Shown here piece by piece: positions 56,053-64,000 of a stretch of DNA of 64,000 nucleotides. The DNA comes from Chrysomallon squamiferum (Eukaryota > Animalia > Mollusca). Below the pieces are notes generated by a model that was given only the letters and a program-made list of their open reading frames with translations, made no database searches and was not told the DNA's origin. The stretch spans positions 22,258,001-22,322,000 of the forward strand of contig CM022671.1 of the NCBI GenBank assembly GCA_012295275.1, written 5' to 3'. Both the position numbers and the translations under genes were made by a program. Numbering within the stretch: position 1 is the first letter of the stretch; the number at the start of each line of letters is the position of its first letter.

Positions 56053-57148
56053 CAACAATAACGACTACAATAAAAATAACAATACTAATTCTGATGATTA
56101 TAGTAACAACAACAACAACAACAATACTACTACTACTACTACTACTAATAATAATAATAATAATAAGAAGAAGAAGAAGAAGAAGAAGAAAAAAAAGAAG
56201 AAACAGATAGACTGAATTAAATAAAAGGTTCATTTCTGAAAGAAATATGATAAAATAATACAAAATAAACAAATAAACAACATCAACAAATATAACGTCG
56301 TTACTTCATGAATAAATAGTCAGATTCCCTAAACTTTCGTCATGAATGTATAAACAGGGCAGAAAACATGTTGTTGCATTCAGTATTGTAATTTATGCTC
56401 AAAGGGACCCGTGTTACTTTAAAATCAATTAAAACGTTCATTTTCAGAGGTAAAAAAAAAAAAAAAACAAGGTCTGTAGCATATACCATAAGCTATGATG
56501 ACTAATTCAGCTCTGTTCTCATTTCTTCTGTTTTAAGATGAAGCGACAATAACATGCCTGATAGCATGGAGTTAGATCATCGGGTGTCGACTAAAAGAAA
56601 ACAAATACAGAACAGTTTCAGTGTTTGTTGATTTCGTGCACTTAGACCACAAATTACGCAAAGTGGATTTGATTTCTGAACTCACAGAAAAAAAAAAACT
56701 GTTGAAAAGGGTAAAACATTATAATCAATGACACTTTATAGTGAATTATAATGCAGTGGGAAATTCTCTTGACGGTTCATAGTAGACAATAACAGGTCTG
56801 GCAAAGTTTTAGAATTAGACATTGAGAAAAAAAAATAGCAACTGAGTAATTTGGAAATCAAAAAAACTTTCTGTTCTCCAAGAGAGCAGCGACTCCAAGT
56901 ATATGTATTATTATAAATTACATTTAATTACAGAGGTATTTTGTACCTCGGTTTGTTTTTCTCTCTCGCACTGTAAATATTCTTTATTTCCATTGTTTGA
57001 TTTCCAGACCACACATGCGCGGACTTAATTGTAGTCATTGTGATAAACAATAAATAAGCTCTCTAGGGAAAAGTGGATGATTTAGAGAAAGTTTGTTAAT
57101 GTTACTGAGATTTTTCAAACAAAAGCAAAAAAAAAAAACACCCATATG

Positions 57149-57235
<87 letters not shown>

Positions 57236-57355
57236 CGCTCGCTCGCTCTCTCAGCAGAGACAAAACAAAAATAGAAAATAAAGACATAAAAATAAATATC
57301 GAGTATCAAAATAGTTTTTGGTGAACATTATTAATAGATAATTTTTCCTGGAACA

Positions 57356-57416
<61 letters not shown>

Positions 57417-57689
57417 TAACAATATTAATAACAATAACAATAATAATAATAATAACAAAAATAATAATAATAATAATAATAATAACAATATTAATAACAA
57501 TAACAATAATAATAATAATAACAAAAAATAATAATAATAATCTGGAACCTTTTAAACGAGATAAATATTTAAAAAAACACAAAAAATAAAACGCCCGACC
57601 AAACCAAATAATAAAAAGATTTCCTGTTTGGTCTAATACAGCGAACCATATAATAAAGAAACAACTCCGAAAATCACAGTTTTTGTTTA

Positions 57690-58389
57690 ATCAGGGCGCG
57701 GCAAATGGGGGTGGTTATGACTCTGTGACCTTAAGACATCCTACTATTTACTGCGTTGGGGAGCGCTATTTTCGACTATTGTTGGCGTGTGCGTGATATG
57801 ATTTCGTCAATTATCCCCCCTCCCCTCCGCTTCCCAAACAACCTGCCAGTCCCAAAATGGCAACCGTCCTTTCGACTGCTTCTCCCCAGGGGACGCTATT
57901 CAGGAGAGCTCCAAATTGCTCGAAAACTTACGGAGAAAATGCGGCCGAAGAGCCAGGCCTATCATTTGCTGGCGAAAGCGGCTATTCAGACGATATTTCC
58001 TCAAAGTGTTTATCAAACACACGTTTCGTTTCACTGACGTTCGAATTAAACGTCCAAGAAAAAAAAAAAAAAAAAAACTACAGAGAGTAAAAACGATGAG
58101 CCGGAATCAATGAGGAAACAGCAGGCACGGCAGATAAAGGTTATTTTTGTGTTTATTTTTTTTTTTTTTTTTTTTTTTTTTTTGGCAAACGTGACCCGTA
58201 TTCAATTCTCACAGCACGTAGACTGGCTTAATAATTTCTTTGTTCTGTTTTCTACCATTTTGTTTGGTGCACGCCATCGTGTGTTCGTTGACAAAGAATG
58301 TGGGAAGAGAATGGAAACGTTAGATTCACATTTGACGTCAGATGGCGTTGAAATAGTGAAGAAAAAAAAATACCCGTTTGTCTTTGTTA

Positions 58390-58477
<88 letters not shown>

Positions 58478-59690
58478 TTTTGTTTCCGTCTGTTTCTCTG
58501 CTTTGTGTCAGTTATTCAAATTTCTGTCTTACTCTGTATGTCTCTGTATCTTTCTCCCTGATTCTGTCTCACGCTTTTCTCTCCCTATCACCTTCCCTCT
58601 ACTTTATGCATAACAAAAAGAAATTTAAATCTGTTTATTTGACTACACTGAATTAATTTAAACATAAAAACTGTAACACCAGTTTAAATACTCACAGATC
58701 TTTTGTATATATCATTTAAATTATATGTGACTTTTTAGCTTCATGCTTAAACCAGATCCAGGTTTTTTTTTTTATATCTCGCTCTAATCCTTCTTGTCGC
58801 ATTTTGATTTAAATAAAACAGCTCGGAGCTTCATATCTGAATCTGATATAATCTTTTTTATCGGGCCATCCTGTAATCACAGTGTAGTCTTTCTTTTCCC
58901 CTTGACTAATGCAACATATCGCTCTGCCGGATTAAACGACTCTTTTAATGGCCATTTAATCGCGTACAAGACCACTAATAGTGAAGCTAAGACAGTCCCC
59001 CCTACCACGTGGTGTTTTGAAACTCCGGACAGTGACCATAAACCAAGTGGTTTCTCTCGGAGAACAAAAACGCGTCAATTTCAGAACAGAACTATCCCGT
59101 TACAAATTTATTTCCGCCATGTTTCATTAAAACACTGCTCCGACTGTCGCTCGCGCTAACGAGGATTACTGGAAACACCTAAAATTGTTTCTGCTTTTCA
59201 CCTGCGAAGTGTATTTTAAGACGACGGGCGGCACGAAACAAGAGACCTGTTGAGCGTAACGGATGCGCGGATGATCTGACAGGGATTTGCAGGTCGGAGG
59301 TCATCGCAGGGATTATCGCTTAACAGAGGGCCTTTTGATTGCAGACACCTCTACCCACACACGCAACCCGCGGAGAACATATCGCCTTTGGAAACGAAAT
59401 ACGTTTGTCTCGGCATTTCACGCAAACCTGCACTTCGCGGGTCTTGGTAAATCAATTCATTTTGTGTGTGGTCGCAGTAACGTGAGCGTGGCTTTGGTAA
59501 TCAAGTAGCGGCCAATTAAAAGAGACAACACAATGTAAAAAAAAAAAAAAAAAAAAAAGTCAGGTAGTTTATATACAGCACCAATTGTGGTATTACATCA
59601 CACCTGTTTGCCATTTTCGTGATGTCGGTGAAATTTGAAAACTGTTATTTGGATGTGTCTCGAATTTCGTCACGTGTAACGGATATTTTT
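57690..59690. promoter_or_regulatory. Downstream GC/CpG-richer islands, candidate 3' enhancers
   Basis: Two complex CpG-rich blocks without coding signal; CRE TGACGTCA at 58333, TCACACCT at 59598, E-boxes and GGATTA sites. Confidence 0.3.
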
Positions 59691-60129
59691 TTTTTTTTTT
59701 TTTTTTTTTTGGGGGGTTGTTGTTGTTGCTGATGTTTAGCTGTTAAGTAAAATAAATGTCTTTTTTATTCTTCGTTTTGGTGTCTAAATGGTTTTACTGA
59801 ATTGTGACAAAAAAAAAAAATATATATTTTTTTTCATTTTTTTTTGAGGATATGAAAGTTTAAGAAACGTAAAAAAACACCTCAAAAGTATTTTTCATGT
59901 AATTTTTTTTATTTCTCTTACTTCTACATTGTTTGATTGAATGGAATAACTGTAACATAGTAACGTCATTAACTGAATCAGTTCATATTTTGATAAAAAC
60001 AGTTCATGTATTCATTCATATTTCGTATTTCCATATGTTGGTCCATGCATTCATCCATCTATCAAAACATTCATAAATACATACATACATACATACATAC
60101 ATACATACATACATACATACATACATACA

Positions 60130-60161
<32 letters not shown>

Positions 60162-60470
60162 CATACATACATAAATGCATACATACACACATACACAAAT
60201 ATGCATATACATACATACATACATCCATCCATCCATCCAGATACATATACATTCATTCATATTCACATAAATGCACACATACAAATATGCATATCCATAC
60301 ATCCATCCATCCATCCATCAATCCTTCCATCCGTCCATCCATCCATATACAAATATACAATACAACACTCCACAATACAATACAATTCAATACAATGCAT
60401 ACGTACATACATACATTCATTCAAGCATACCTACCTACCTACCTACCTACATACATACATACATACCTAC

Positions 60471-60502
<32 letters not shown>

Positions 60503-61015
60503 CATACATACATCATACATACATACATAGATACATAGATACATACATACATACATACACCCACACGTAATCTGTTCTTATAAAACAGCAAGACGTCACA
60601 ATTCTAGGTTATTACGGAGTGCAATTATGTTTACTGACGCGTCATAAACAACGGTCAAATCCATCTCTTATTGTATAAGCGCGCCCAGAGTGTTGTTGTT
60701 GTTGTCATTCTCCTCCTCCCAGTAAAATATAATGATAACGTGTAAGGGATTATCGCAAAGTGGTAACAGACATCGAGAGATCAGAGTGACAGCATGCATT
60801 GAAAACTGCACCGACAGCAGTGACATCGTCTGAAAATCAACCCTCGGTACAGCGTTCACGACAAGTTCTTATCGGAGCCTTGCAAAATGCGACCACCCGC
60901 AAAAAGCCGACGCTGGTTCACAAGTTCAAAAACACGTTGTTTATCTGCGCGTTTAGTTACGTAATGGAGCGGGGGTTGTTTTTTGTTTGTTTTGTTTTTA
61001 AACTGAGGGTGGGTC

Positions 61016-61335
<320 letters not shown>

Positions 61336-61645
61336 TTAGTAGCGGTGGTATCAATGATTTTGGTGATAGTTGTTATAGTAGTAGTTGCAGCATTAGTAGA
61401 AGTTATAGTAGCAATAATAATAACGATGATGATAATGATGATGACGATAATAATGAAATCATAATAATTAATTAACAGTAATAATAATAACAATATAATG
61501 ATACTTCTAGTACCACTACTACTATTACTACTACTAATTATTCTTATTACAATAATATAATAATAGTAATAATAATAATAATAAAGATAATAATAATAAT
61601 AATAATAATAATAAAGATAATAAAGATAATATAATAATAATAAAG

Positions 61646-61676
<31 letters not shown>

Positions 61677-62859
61677 GGATAAGGATAATAATAATAACAA
61701 TAACATCAATAATAATGAAGAAAAAAAAAAACAGAAAAAAAAAAAACAAACAAACAAAAAAAAAAAAAAAAAAAAAAAAAAAAACACACAAAAAGAGTTT
61801 TCTTACCAGACACAATACAACATTTTTTAATTTATTACTTTTCAAAATGATCCCGTTACATCTGACCAGTCCTGTTATGAACGGGGAGAAAATAAACAGC
61901 TTTCTGATAAAAATCTCGCAAAGCTTGTTGACTGCGTTATTAGCGTTAAAATCCACGGGTCAACGGGGTTGAATATTTAGACCTATCTGAATAGGAATCA
62001 AGCGTTAAAAACAGGCATAACCGTATCAGTTACAATACGACAGTTGCAGCCAATAATATTTAACACCAGAAGATCGGTTTTGGCACAAAATAAACATAGT
62101 TTCAGATTTCAGAGAGAGAGAGAGAGAGAGAAAAAAAAAAAAAAAAAAAAAAATGTTTTTAAAGATTTTAGAAAATAAATAACACGTTTGGAGATCACAG
62201 AAATATATGTTTCTCATGATTTGAATAACGAGTAAGATCCTGGACACAGATTTTTTTTAAATTTCAGAGTTCATAAAATTAAATTATTTTTTATTTTATA
62301 GCCCGAAACCACCGAGGAATAAGCATTGTTTGCCACCACTGAAAAAAAAAATTATGGTATGAGACCTTTAACAATATGATAAGCGACCTTTACGTACTAC
62401 TTTTCTAAAATAAATAACATTTATAGTTTAACAACTCCGAAATACATTTAAGAAATACATTTTGTCGATGTTCTGGAAAGAAAGATAATAATAATAATAA
62501 TAATAAATAAATAAATAAATAATAAAAAAATTAAGAAAAATGTCTGCTCGTTTCCTGTCCGTTATGTGCGTGCTATTTCGCCATAGTTTTTACTTGCTTG
62601 TCACAGTCACTATAATTAGAGTCGACAGCAAAGTACGCTGTTAGCGCCACGCTGACAAAAAAATGCAGGTAACAGAAAGACTACACTGAATGTAAGTGCA
62701 CATTATTTACTGGGTTTCATTTTTGAAGAACGAGCCTCTTTATACTTCAACCGTATCAGTTTTCGTGTCTAATGTTCAGATGATCGTTTATATTTTCCTT
62801 TCTTAATTTTTTTTTTTTTTTTTTTTTTTTGTGGGGGGATTTTTCTTTAGTGAAACCGA

Positions 62860-62900
<41 letters not shown>

Positions 62901-63103
62901 ATTTAAATATCGCGTGTCTTAGGGCCATCCTGATTTGTTAAGAAATAATAAAAAATTTAACATCCCGTACATTTTCAGAGTAGATATTTATTGGCTTATT
63001 ATTGTTTTATAGCCTGTGTGGTCAAGAATGCTGCGGTTTTGTGTACGTAACTTATTGTAAGAGATGGGTGGTGCCTTTACAGAGAAACAGTGTTTTTGTT
63101 TTG

Positions 63104-63156
<53 letters not shown>

Positions 63157-63517
63157 AAATGAATAATAACTGAAAAAAAAGAAAAAAAGATAGCTATTAA
63201 ATTTAATATGTTAATCTCTGTCTTTGTCTGTTTGTTTATCTTTCTCTCTGTGTGTAAGTAGTAGTACTGAGCCTCGATTTCACGGACTGGTGTTGTGTGG
63301 GGGGGGAGGCCCGGTCGAGAAATTGCGAATGCAAACATTGAAACATGAAGATGGTGGAGAGGCGGTTGCTGTGATCTATAGTGGGACTCAGAATAATTTC
63401 TGTATGTATGTATGTATGTATTTGTGTGTGTGTGTGTGTGTGTGTGTGCGTCGCAGTTATTGATATACTTTACCGGGAAAACTGTTCAGTATAACGATTT
63501 AGATCAAGTATTTGAAC

Positions 63518-63562
<45 letters not shown>

Positions 63563-63632
63563 CAGTAACAATAACGACATCATCAACATCAACATCATCA
63601 TCAGCAACAATGGCAATAGCCCCAACAACGGC

Positions 63633-63672
<40 letters not shown>

Positions 63673-64000
63673 GAAGTAGTAGTAGTAGTAGTAGTAGCAG
63701 CAACAGCAAAAACAGTAACAGATAACAATTTAAAAGTTACATTCAAGTTTCACAATATGCACTTCACGCAGCTCTCTTCAGTCATAGAATTTTAAACACG
63801 AAGTAAAATTAACATAATTTATGTAATATTCATGCACTGGTTCATACCGTAGCTAGAATGATAACTTAAGTGTCGCTACGCCTTCACTTCGACATATATT
63901 TTACACAATGGAGACTCATGGTCTTGTACCACTTTCTCACATTAATTTTTAGAAAGGAGAAGTTATTTAGTTTAATTATATTTCAAGGTCAGAATAAAAT

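Noticed and set aside
57756-59508. ORFs in downstream GC-rich islands as a second gene (e.g. a linked Tbx4/5 or paralog)
   Set aside because: No T-box or other domain similarity and no coherent exon chain.

Overview
AT-rich, microsatellite-saturated animal genomic DNA, inferred to be an invertebrate and probably a protostome such as a mollusc (omb-like T-box residues, no CpG depletion, SINE-like fragment). The window holds one supportable protein-coding gene: a complete six-exon Tbx2/3 (optomotor-blind-like) T-box transcription factor on the + strand, CDS join(9619..9944,31331..31598,46604..46750,48869..48945,49356..49507,49895..51018). That is 2094 nt, 697 aa, with all introns GT-AG and phase-compatible. 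Introns 1 and 2 are 21.4 and 15.0 kb and alternate simple repeats with GC/CpG-richer islands that look like cis-regulatory modules. The other ORFs in the track are microsatellite translations, chance ORFs or antisense shadows. I found no evidence of a wholly new multi-gene system. The best leads are gene-internal: a Cys-periodic octapeptide repeat with synonymous-only divergence, an in-frame alternative donor that toggles a SIM-like peptide, a possible vestige of the omb 'VST' donor extension, and substitutions at near-invariant T-box residues. Non-coding leads include a hairpin-rich MITE-like element between two tandem arrays, arrays built of T-box-core or Sox-core motifs, and MITF/USF and HES motif clusters. 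All comparisons to known proteins are from memory and need an alignment to confirm.
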